Below, in pieces: positions 48,018-56,096 of a stretch of 64,000 nt of DNA. Where the stretch lies: sequence record OR413581.1. The stretch is one strand, 5' to 3'. A program made the translations under genes and the position numbers. The notes under the pieces were generated by a model. That model was not told the DNA's origin. It saw nothing but the letters and a program-made list of their open reading frames with translations, and ran no database searches. How positions within the stretch are numbered: position 1 is the stretch's first letter; each line of letters opens with the position of its first letter.

Positions 48018-48821
48018 ATGCAACTATTTAATCTATACGGTATGGACAAAAACGACCTGACCGTAGAGTTTAGTGGTCGACTGACCACCTTGGGGCAACT
48101 CCGTGAACGGATTCAAGATTTGCGACCCGTCGCAGACCAAGAAGACGATCATTGGTTAGTGTTGAGTAATAGCGGTCGTGCGCAAATGTATTTTCGTGGA
48201 TGTCGTTCAGGTATTGTTTACTACATCTACGAGCTGCACGTGCTCTCCGAGCCCCTGTTCCACGAGTGGAAGCGTTTGACGCGACTCCTGGAAGTGCAGA
48301 TGCTTGATATTACCTGTTTCCCGCACGACACCGAACACGCAGCATTATACCAGCGTCTGGGGTTCGAAGCTGTAACGAAACGTGTGGAGATTACTGTTAG
48401 TCCGAAATACGGCTTTACGTCAGACCCATCAGTTGTCCCGTTGGAGACATTGTCATTAGAACAAACCCAAGATGTTTGCTATCTGATGCGACCTACGCTA
48501 AAAGACGCAGGAACGCGAGAGATGTTGGGCGAGTTAGCAAATGGTTTTGTTTCCGCGTTTGTAGGGTTACACGGCCAGAAACCGTTTTCATTAATGCTCT
48601 ATAAGGAGTTCCCGAAGAGCATCATTACTGAGCAATTCTGCTGCCAAAGTTTTGACCCGATTGCCTACTCGGTAGAGTTTCTAAAACACTACCACGCCAT
48701 TTTGCATTTGGCGGGACAGAAAGGTAAGAAGGTCAACATGGGTGTTGCGATAGAGCACGAGTTTCCTTCTATCGAAGGGTTAGAGTATCGTGTAATCACG
48801 CATCACTACACCCTTGCGTAA
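48018..48821 (+). CDS. degenerate GNAT-fold protein
   Basis: 267 aa; AALYQRLGFE motif-B remnant; motif A not recognisable. Confidence 0.5.
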   Translation: MQLFNLYGMDKNDLTVEFSGRLTTLGQLRERIQDLRPVADQEDDHWLVLSNSGRAQMYFRGCRSGIVYYIYELHVLSEPLFHEWKRLTRLLEVQMLDITCFPHDTEHAALYQRLGFEAVTKRVEITVSPKYGFTSDPSVVPLETLSLEQTQDVCYLMRPTLKDAGTREMLGELANGFVSAFVGLHGQKPFSLMLYKEFPKSIITEQFCCQSFDPIAYSVEFLKHYHAILHLAGQKGKKVNMGVAIEHEFPSIEGLEYRVITHHYTLA

Positions 48822-48830
48822 GGAGAGAAT

Positions 48831-49643
48831 ATGCTGAGAGTTATCGAACGCACGGAGAGGATTCTGGACCGAACGTGGTTGGAAGACCGTAAAGCGTTAT
48901 CGTTGTTAAATGATATCGATCCTTCCACGTTACAAGATGAACGTCGTCTTTACTACCGAATCTTTGAAGTATTCAGTCGGGACACAGTTGCGCCTGACGC
49001 GATCGTGCTCTGTCTGGACCACGGATACATGTTAGAAGTTATCAACATGGTTCGTGCTTTAGACGCCCAGTTAACCTCGCTTGCGGATGCTTTACTCCGC
49101 TCAGCGGGGTGTAACTACGCGATGCATTTTACTCGTTCGGAAGGGGACGAATATGCTCGCATGGGCTTTTGTTGCGAAACGATAAACTACCGCAAAATTA
49201 ATACATCGGTGCCTAGCCACGATGAGGATTTCTGTGGGGATGTCAGTTCGTTGTTCGATAGTAAGAAAGCGTTCTTGGATTGGGTTAGAATGCTTTACGG
49301 TACAAGCTCTATCTACTCAACGCTTGTCATGGGCGGGAGGATGATGTCATGGCGGAGCAGCGATAGTTACAAACTGACAGTGCTCTCACATCGTGGACAA
49401 CGCTGGGTTATTGGTGGATGGTTTACCGCAGAAGGGGTGGTTACTCTAACTCGAGAGGAGTTCGGACTGTTGATGCACTGTATCCAGTCTGAATTACCGG
49501 CGGGGGATGAATTAGTTTACACTTACCACCAATATACTGGGGGACCAGCCGCAATGTGGTTATTAGAAAACGGTTGGCTACCCGAAAGTTATGTGTACGG
49601 ACGTGCCCTGAAAACTACTAATGGAGAAAATAATGCAAATTAA
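48831..49643 (+). CDS. degenerate tandem GNAT-fold protein
   Basis: 270 aa; EYARMGFCC and AAMWLLENGW motif-B remnants at the end of each half. Confidence 0.45.
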   Translation: MLRVIERTERILDRTWLEDRKALSLLNDIDPSTLQDERRLYYRIFEVFSRDTVAPDAIVLCLDHGYMLEVINMVRALDAQLTSLADALLRSAGCNYAMHFTRSEGDEYARMGFCCETINYRKINTSVPSHDEDFCGDVSSLFDSKKAFLDWVRMLYGTSSIYSTLVMGGRMMSWRSSDSYKLTVLSHRGQRWVIGGWFTAEGVVTLTREEFGLLMHCIQSELPAGDELVYTYHQYTGGPAAMWLLENGWLPESYVYGRALKTTNGENNAN

Positions 49644-49911
49644 TCGTACAGTGTCGAAGTCTAAAGAAGTCGTTTACAACGTTGAGGACGGCGACGTAAT
49701 GCAGTTCCGTGCCGTTATTGACGAACAGCACGTACTCCAAGTTGTTTATTCGAAAGAAGAGATGACTCGTGCACATAGTCGCGTGTTGGAAAAGCTCGTC
49801 GCGAAAGCCAAACAACGCGACGGCATTAAATCCTACAACGTTATGTACGGTTATCAGTTACGTGAGGTGGAAGGGGAGCTGTTAATCACCCCTGTTCCGG
49901 TAACGGCGTAA
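49633..49911 (+). CDS. small hypothetical protein
   Basis: 92 aa from ATG 49633, RBS GGAG. Confidence 0.7.
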   Translation: MQINRTVSKSKEVVYNVEDGDVMQFRAVIDEQHVLQVVYSKEEMTRAHSRVLEKLVAKAKQRDGIKSYNVMYGYQLREVEGELLITPVPVTA

Positions 49912-49951
49912 TTCGCCATTGTATGACCCTTAAACACCGTTGAGGTTAACT

Positions 49952-50434
49952 ATGGATATGATCGAATTAGGTCAGCTCCCTCAGCACGATTTCGATTTAG
50001 GCGTGCGTCATGAGGAAGGGGCCGACGCGAACACACTAATGGCCCGCTACTACGAGCTACTGACCGGTCAACCGTTGGACGATGAACACATCAACCGTTT
50101 TGAAAAACTGTTGGCACAACTCATCACCTCTAACGCAGAACGCATTGGCATGTTGAACGAAATGAACTTTGCCGATGTAGAGCCGTCTGACGCTCAGAAG
50201 ATCCTTATCGATGGTCCTGTGCCAAGCGATGAAGTACAAGACCTTCTGGCAGGTATCCGTGCAGGCTTCGATGAAGCTGCTGAGAAATACGCGGAAGAGC
50301 TGGCAGATGTCGATTTGGCTGCGCCGGTTGACCCGAATCCGTCTGCAGAGGAGACGGCGGCTGCGAAATTGAAACTCGCGCGCTTTATCTGCGCAGCCGT
50401 CCTGACAGACGACCGCGAAGAAAACCAACTGTAA
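49952..50434 (+). CDS. acidic helical hypothetical protein
   Basis: 160 aa, RBS GAGG. Confidence 0.75.
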   Translation: MDMIELGQLPQHDFDLGVRHEEGADANTLMARYYELLTGQPLDDEHINRFEKLLAQLITSNAERIGMLNEMNFADVEPSDAQKILIDGPVPSDEVQDLLAGIRAGFDEAAEKYAEELADVDLAAPVDPNPSAEETAAAKLKLARFICAAVLTDDREENQL

Positions 50435-50440
50435 GGTTTG

Positions 50441-50477
50441 CCTCCTTGCCCACGGGTAAGGGGGTCCCTTTTTATTT
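50441..50477 (+). terminator. intrinsic terminator
   Basis: CCTCCTTGCC-CACG-GGTAAGGGGG plus T-tract. Confidence 0.7.
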
Positions 50478-50498
50478 ACATCAGTCCACTAACTTATG
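50476..50498 (+). promoter_or_regulatory. bipartite promoter candidate TTAC-N15-TATG
   Basis: TTAC 50476-79, TATG 50495-98. Confidence 0.6.
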
Positions 50499-50530
50499 TG
50501 AAACAACCCACGTAAAGAGGAATTAAGAGA

Positions 50531-50848
50531 ATGTGGTTAAGTGCTATTCATCGTGACCTGCCAAAACGTGAAGTGACCCTTTCTGTCGATGCGGAACCGA
50601 TTACTGTCGGCGTCGCTAACTTCGACCGCATGGAAGAAGGGCAGTATGTCGTGGTGGACAACGATGAAAACGAATTCATGTTATTCCATCCCGAAGTTGA
50701 TGCGTCTGAAATCCGCGAGGGTTCTATCTTGTTTTCTTGGCAAGACAAAGAAACTAAACAGTGGATGTGGTGCGTTGCTAACACAACCAATGAAAAAGGT
50801 ACCGCGTATGCCCCAGGACAGCTTCATGTCGAACCTAAACCCCATTGA
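50531..50848 (+). CDS. hypothetical protein
   Basis: 105 aa, RBS GAGG. Confidence 0.7.
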   Translation: MWLSAIHRDLPKREVTLSVDAEPITVGVANFDRMEEGQYVVVDNDENEFMLFHPEVDASEIREGSILFSWQDKETKQWMWCVANTTNEKGTAYAPGQLHVEPKPH

Positions 50849-51140
50849 GCCCACACTGACGCACCAGGAACTGCACGTCCGTTTTATTCGGGCGTTCACA
50901 CCCCCGTTAGGTGGTGAGGTACACGATCGTTCCGTGGTTGCAGAAGTTAAAGGTATCGGCGAAGAACTAATGACACTGTCTAATATTGTGACGGGTGTTG
51001 AGTTCACGTTACCGTTAAACGTATTTCGGTTTATTCCGCGCGTAAACGAAACGCTGCTCATCGACCGTGTGCATCATCGGATTAGGGCGCAGGTACATCC
51101 TAGCCGTAAGGAGTATGTGCGCTTAGAGATGATGGTTTAA
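50826..51140 (+). CDS. hypothetical protein
   Basis: 104 aa from ATG 50826. Confidence 0.6.
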   Translation: MSNLNPIEPTLTHQELHVRFIRAFTPPLGGEVHDRSVVAEVKGIGEELMTLSNIVTGVEFTLPLNVFRFIPRVNETLLIDRVHHRIRAQVHPSRKEYVRLEMMV

Positions 51141-51149
51141 CGCACGACT

Positions 51150-51174
51150 TTTCAGATAGATGTTATTTTACTGA
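51150..51174 (+). promoter_or_regulatory. early-type promoter variant
   Basis: TTTCAGATAGATGTTATTTTACTGA. Confidence 0.65.
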
Positions 51175-51202
51175 ACCTAACTGTAAAGAAAGGAAAAAGT
51201 AG

Positions 51203-51508
51203 ATGGCTAAACAATACACAATTGTTAAACGTGCAGGTACGACTCTGCTGTACGTGGAGAAAGGTTGTGAGAACACTGCAACTGCCAAGAAACTGAACCT
51301 GCAAGGGTTTCTGTATCAAGGTCTCCGCGCGGGTTTGACCATCACTTTTAAAGGCTTACCACAGGCGAAGAATCTGCGCGTTGTACGTGCAGACGGTGTA
51401 GAGCGTGCCTTGGTAGCCGACACCCCGGTTGATACTATCCCTGCCACTAAGAAAGCAGCGAAAGCAACCAAGAAAGTCGTCGATAAACGCAAACGCGTTG
51501 TCGCTTAA
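51203..51508 (+). CDS. small basic protein with Lys/Ala-rich tail (possible nucleic-acid binding)
   Basis: 101 aa ending PATKKAAKATKKVVDKRKRVVA. Confidence 0.75.
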   Translation: MAKQYTIVKRAGTTLLYVEKGCENTATAKKLNLQGFLYQGLRAGLTITFKGLPQAKNLRVVRADGVERALVADTPVDTIPATKKAAKATKKVVDKRKRVVA

Positions 51509-51514
51509 GTAGTC

Positions 51515-51554
51515 CCCTACCTAACTTCGGTTAGGTAGGGTTCTTTTTATTTTT
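51515..51554 (+). terminator. intrinsic terminator
   Basis: CCCTACCTAAC-TTCG-GTTAGGTAGGG plus T-tract. Confidence 0.9.
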
Positions 51555-51574
51555 AACCCTCTGAGGGATATACC

Positions 51575-52027
51575 ATGTTTCAATGTTCAGTCGTCAATGA
51601 TGCGGAATTGGCCGCGTACAAGCAGCGCACAATCCGGGCGCTGGATGCTGAAAAACCAGTCGATGTTAAAACGCGTGCAATCATTAGGGCATTTAGCGAA
51701 TGGCCGAACATCGCAACCGTTTGGGCATTCACGGGAGAAGTTCGCAAAGACGGAGACAAGCTTCGTACACGTAGACACCACAGCTTAACATTTGTGGCAA
51801 CCGTGGCGGGTCTTAAAGACATTAACCATTTATTAGAAGGATGGCAGCCGCACGAGTACGGGAAACGTTTTCAGTTAAACTTTACTTGGCTGCGTCAAGA
51901 AGGCAATGCGAATCTCTGTTATCCAAGCTGGACGTTTAGACTCAACTATCGACCCGACCCAGATGTGGTGGAAAGTGTGATGGAGCACTGGCTCGCACTC
52001 GCAATTTTTACAGAACACAACCATTAA
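51575..52027 (+). CDS. hypothetical protein, degenerate paralog of the next gene
   Basis: FSEWPNIATVWAFTGE aligns with ICSYPGATTMWSCHGH. Confidence 0.7.
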   Translation: MFQCSVVNDAELAAYKQRTIRALDAEKPVDVKTRAIIRAFSEWPNIATVWAFTGEVRKDGDKLRTRRHHSLTFVATVAGLKDINHLLEGWQPHEYGKRFQLNFTWLRQEGNANLCYPSWTFRLNYRPDPDVVESVMEHWLALAIFTEHNH

Positions 52028-52055
52028 ATGAAGACACCCTTAAGGAGAATTAAAG

Positions 52056-52526
52056 ATGCCAGTTTTATACGGCGGCGTGGACCTGGATGTTCTGGGTCGG
52101 TTTAAACTACGAACGTCTAAGGCGCTCGTAAACGGTTGGGTTGAGAAAGGCGTACGGGATGCGTGTGAGGTCATTTGTAGTTATCCTGGTGCCACGACAA
52201 TGTGGTCGTGTCACGGACACGGACCGTATTCTAAAAAGAACACACCGGGGGAATTTCATGTGGTGTTCGTTCTTGGCATTGGCTTTGAACACAAAGCACA
52301 TGAGCTTGTCGCTGAGTTAATGAAAGCGGATATTCCACCACTGTGGGATTTGTGCATGGCGAGACTCTTGTACCCTGATGAGGATTTCGTCTACGACCTC
52401 AGCGAGATCACCCTAAAGAACACGTATAACGCATGGAAAATAACGTATCGGCATCTGCATACCGAACAAACTCTTCGCGAAATTCGTAAAGTATTCCACA
52501 CTGTCTGTAAAAAGGTTTTTAAGTAA
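52056..52526 (+). CDS. TxxSCxGH-motif protein (possibly TYW3-like fold)
   Basis: 156 aa; GVRDACEVICSYPGATTMWSCHGH. Confidence 0.6.
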   Translation: MPVLYGGVDLDVLGRFKLRTSKALVNGWVEKGVRDACEVICSYPGATTMWSCHGHGPYSKKNTPGEFHVVFVLGIGFEHKAHELVAELMKADIPPLWDLCMARLLYPDEDFVYDLSEITLKNTYNAWKITYRHLHTEQTLREIRKVFHTVCKKVFK

Positions 52527-53224
52527 TGGCTAAGCAAAAGAAACCCCGTAACAAAAAGTATAACCCAAAAGCTGCTACAGAGCGTACAGCGCACACCATC
52601 GCTGAAAACGCACTGAACCGCATCACCTTTATTGGCAGCTCCATTCGCCGCCTCGGCCCGTACGCGGGCCGCGGTTTTCACTTTACAGCAAGTCCACGTA
52701 TTCGTGCTATCGCCACAGACATGTTAGTCGGCGGGTTGTTCGACCAACCGCGCCCATGGCACCTGTGGGTGATGCACCTCACCGAACTCGACAGCGGTGA
52801 GGTTGTGACTGAATCTGCCGTCGCCACGCTTGACGATTATACACTGGCTGATTTCTGCGAACATGCCGAAGAGCTGGTTAAATCGCTACGTCCTGAACAG
52901 GAAGAAGGGAAATATTTCGGTTATGCGTTTGTGGCCGCCCCGAACGAGCGGTACGACTTCAAAGCGGAAGAAGACCAACTCATTGAAAACTTCATGCATT
53001 CTGGACTACTTGATACGTCGTTACATCTGTCGGAAGAACAGCAGTTCGTTAGTCGTGCAGATATGGCAAAGTTACTTGTTGGTTATACTCGGAAGTTTGA
53101 CGTGACCGTTGAACATGTCAAAGAAGTGCCAGAGATTGTGAGCAAGAAAGACGAGGTGGTGCTTCCGGTTGACGAGGTTGTCAGTAAAGTAGCGACTGCG
53201 ATAGGGGCAACGGGGGATTACTGA
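52526..53224 (+). CDS. hypothetical protein
   Basis: 232 aa; basic N-terminus KQKKPRNKKYNPK; coupled on both sides. Confidence 0.75.
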   Translation: MAKQKKPRNKKYNPKAATERTAHTIAENALNRITFIGSSIRRLGPYAGRGFHFTASPRIRAIATDMLVGGLFDQPRPWHLWVMHLTELDSGEVVTESAVATLDDYTLADFCEHAEELVKSLRPEQEEGKYFGYAFVAAPNERYDFKAEEDQLIENFMHSGLLDTSLHLSEEQQFVSRADMAKLLVGYTRKFDVTVEHVKEVPEIVSKKDEVVLPVDEVVSKVATAIGATGDY

Positions 53225-53433
53225 TGAATCTACGTTGGCCGATCGTGGCTGCTGTGTTGTTTTGTATTTATATCGCCATCAGCACCAGTACCCGCACTGC
53301 AGAACGTCGCGAGACCGCAACCAGTACGTTCAGAATGTGCATTGACCGCGTAGACCCGAACAGTACCACTTATCCCGACGCGGTGAATGCGTGCCGTAAA
53401 GCAGTTGCTGAGATATTGAAAGAGGAAAATTAA
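53224..53433 (+). CDS. small membrane-anchored protein with two periplasm-side Cys
   Basis: 69 aa; N-terminal TM, FRMC...AVNAC. Confidence 0.7.
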   Translation: MNLRWPIVAAVLFCIYIAISTSTRTAERRETATSTFRMCIDRVDPNSTTYPDAVNACRKAVAEILKEEN

Positions 53434-55193
53434 TGGAAAACCTCACGCCGGTTGAGATAGTGGCGCTGTTCGATCGTTACGTATATGGACAAACGCAGGC
53501 AAAGAAAATGCTGGCGATTGCGCTACGTAATCGATACCGTGCCAATAAACTTAACGTAGTGGACCGCATGTCGGTCCACAAACAGAACCTTTTAATAGAA
53601 GGTCCAACAGGCACGGGTAAAACGGCGTTGATGCGGGTACTGAAAACTAAATTCGGTTTACCTGTGCTGGAACTCGACATGACCGCGTTTACAGAATCAG
53701 GCTACGTAGGCCGGGAAGTTACATCAATCGGCAAGGACTTAGCCGACTTAGCGCGTTCTGTCGAATTGCCCGACTGGTATATCGAACTGCGTACCAAACG
53801 ACGTGTCGAGACGGAAGTAGACGGTAATCGTCTTACTCGTGAAGAGTGGGAGCGTGAATCCCGTAAGGAAGTTGAGCGCGAACTAGACGAGCGCGCAGCT
53901 GAGCGCCAGCTGCGGTATCAAGCTAAACGTGACCACACCGAACTATTACAGCGTCAGGGTATACTCGATCCGAAGGAGTTGTACGAAGAATACCAAGACA
54001 TCTATTGTCTTCGCGCGTTTATGGTTGGCTATTGCCGTCAACACAATTTAACCTACGAAGACTTCGATATCTATTCTGTTACGCTCGGTGGCCGTACTGT
54101 GCAGGAATGGATAGATAAGATGTCGGAAATCGCAAGGAGTCTGCTCGGTGTCTCGTCAATTTCTGAACTGTTGAATAGTGAAGAACTTGAAAGTCAAGTC
54201 GATAAGTTAATGGATGGTGATATACCGGGCGCGATTGGGTATATGGGTGAGTTTATGTCGCTGATGGCTTTAGGCGAACAGATTGACTTATACGTTGATG
54301 CCGGTCAAGCGCTGATGTCAAATAACCTGCCACTCTCGTGTGCCGATGGCTCAGATTTCTACGATTTGTTCGACACGTTTAACGGCGACGACGAGGACGT
54401 CGAGCCGGTGGGCATTAATTGGTTCCCGATCGACGCTGCAGCGTTTACTATTCGCATGTTGTCTCGTTTGGAAGATCCTGTGAAGTGGTGTCGTTGGTGG
54501 GATGACGTGTTCGAAGGTTCTCCAGAATTTACCAAATACGCCGATGAACGGCTTTGGCATTACGAGATACCTGAAACAGTTGTACCAGAAAAAGAAACAG
54601 TCAGTCGCAAAGACCTCAAGAAACTACCCAACTGTAATGGACATGATTTCGTTGAGAACTTTGCGGTGGTGTTCTTGGATGAGTTTGACAAACTTATCGA
54701 GGTTGACACGCAACACACTGCACGTGTATCCCGTAGTGGTGTGCAGCGTAGCTTGTTGAAAATGGTTGAAGGGGGTATTTATCATGGCGTTGACACAACC
54801 AATGTGCTTTTTGTCGCTGCTGGGTCGTTTGCTCAAGCGCCTGTTTCTAAACTCATGGCAGAACTCCAGGGACGTTTTCCGTTAAGAGCGAAAATGTCTT
54901 CGCTGGATACCGAGGCACTGATTGCTATCTGTAAGTTGGATAACAGTGAGTTCCACGGCATGATTAAGTTGTTGAAAACCGAAGGGGTGGAAACGCAGTA
55001 CGACATGGACACCTATACGTTCATCGCTGAGAAAACAATGGATGCCAATGCTGTAGAGAACCTTGGTGCTCGTCGACTGGCGGATATTGTTCATCAGATC
55101 TTCTTACCTGCGTCTTACGACTCTTCGAAATATAAGCAATACGACATACGCGGTGAAACGCTGCGTGGTCACGCTTGGACAGAGAACGCGTAA
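53433..55193 (+). CDS. hslU: HslU (ClpY)-like AAA+ ATPase with enlarged I-domain
   Basis: YVYGQTQAKKMLAIALRNRYR, GPTGTGKT, FTESGYVGR, VFLDEFDK, GVQRSLLKMVEG, ELQGRFP, ENLGARRL. Confidence 0.9.
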   Translation: MENLTPVEIVALFDRYVYGQTQAKKMLAIALRNRYRANKLNVVDRMSVHKQNLLIEGPTGTGKTALMRVLKTKFGLPVLELDMTAFTESGYVGREVTSIGKDLADLARSVELPDWYIELRTKRRVETEVDGNRLTREEWERESRKEVERELDERAAERQLRYQAKRDHTELLQRQGILDPKELYEEYQDIYCLRAFMVGYCRQHNLTYEDFDIYSVTLGGRTVQEWIDKMSEIARSLLGVSSISELLNSEELESQVDKLMDGDIPGAIGYMGEFMSLMALGEQIDLYVDAGQALMSNNLPLSCADGSDFYDLFDTFNGDDEDVEPVGINWFPIDAAAFTIRMLSRLEDPVKWCRWWDDVFEGSPEFTKYADERLWHYEIPETVVPEKETVSRKDLKKLPNCNGHDFVENFAVVFLDEFDKLIEVDTQHTARVSRSGVQRSLLKMVEGGIYHGVDTTNVLFVAAGSFAQAPVSKLMAELQGRFPLRAKMSSLDTEALIAICKLDNSEFHGMIKLLKTEGVETQYDMDTYTFIAEKTMDANAVENLGARRLADIVHQIFLPASYDSSKYKQYDIRGETLRGHAWTENA

Positions 55194-55273
55194 TGCTAAT
55201 AGCGCCGAATGTGCGCTATTGACCCTAGGTTACATGGATTTGATTTTAACCCCATTAATCATCGAGCGAGTTT

Positions 55274-55756
55274 ATGAAACTACAAACTGAGGTTAAGGAA
55301 ATACCTGCTCAAACAGTTGCGACGGCCAGCGGTTTAATTTTCTCAATACCCTGTGAGGACTTCAAAGATCCGCACCGTCCGGATGAAGCTGTCTCACTGG
55401 CGTTACGCCGCGGTCACGTCTTTTGTGAATACGATGCGCCGGTTATTAAGCCGTGCCGGTCTTTTAAGGAATTAGAAGACGCCAACCGTCGTGTGCGTGA
55501 CATTGACCTTGATCGCGTTTGTGGGTACGTGTCAAATATTTGCTACGGAATCGTTGAAGGACATTTTCAACTTCGCGGAGATTTTACTCCGCATGGCCCA
55601 CTCAAAGCCCAGGCGGTTGAACTGATGCGTGCGGGAACCATTATGATTTCACCACGTATAGATCTCGACCTGAATGGAAAGATATCATGTATTCCATCCT
55701 TTGATGTTGTGGTAGAAGAAACCCCACGTTATCAACTTATACACACGGTGAAATAA
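55274..55756 (+). CDS. degenerate prohead-protease-like protein (T4 gp21/phiKZ gp175 fold)
   Basis: GHVFCEYDAP (family GExxHP), DRVC, GDFTPHGP, ISPR. Confidence 0.55.
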   Translation: MKLQTEVKEIPAQTVATASGLIFSIPCEDFKDPHRPDEAVSLALRRGHVFCEYDAPVIKPCRSFKELEDANRRVRDIDLDRVCGYVSNICYGIVEGHFQLRGDFTPHGPLKAQAVELMRAGTIMISPRIDLDLNGKISCIPSFDVVVEETPRYQLIHTVK

Positions 55757-56088
55757 TGAAGAAAGTTTTAGTTCTGTTAGGCGCACTCGTTGCGCCTATG
55801 GTTGTCCACGCTGCGGACAAACCACTCTTACTCGACCAGGATGTTTACGAACGTGTATTCCTGGAATGCGCTAAAACCTTTAACGGACCACAGAAGACAA
55901 CATTTAACGATTTGGACGAAGCGTTAGAGGTCTGCCGTGACACTGCAAAAGAAATCGCGGTACGTCAAGGAACCCTCAAAATGGCAGTGGGGAGCAATTG
56001 GGAAGAAGTGCAGGTGATGGAAAAGCCGGGTTACATGGTCGACCTGAACGCTAAGTTGATGCGTGAAGAAAAACAGAAACAAAAGTGA
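55756..56088 (+). CDS. secreted protein with signal peptide and conserved C-x21-C
   Basis: MKKVLVLLGALVAPMVVHA signal; FLECAKTFNGPQKTTFNDLDEALEVC. Confidence 0.75.
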   Translation: MKKVLVLLGALVAPMVVHAADKPLLLDQDVYERVFLECAKTFNGPQKTTFNDLDEALEVCRDTAKEIAVRQGTLKMAVGSNWEEVQVMEKPGYMVDLNAKLMREEKQKQK

Positions 56089-56096
56089 GGTAAAGG

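Noticed and set aside
15063-52046. Palindromic CCTTAAGG at several RBSs
   Set aside because: Explained by the AAGGAG SD with a common CTT prefix; too short to fold.
53760-54640. Intein in the HslU-like gene
   Set aside because: No C/S N-terminal block, no HN-C/S/T junction and no LAGLIDADG motifs seen.
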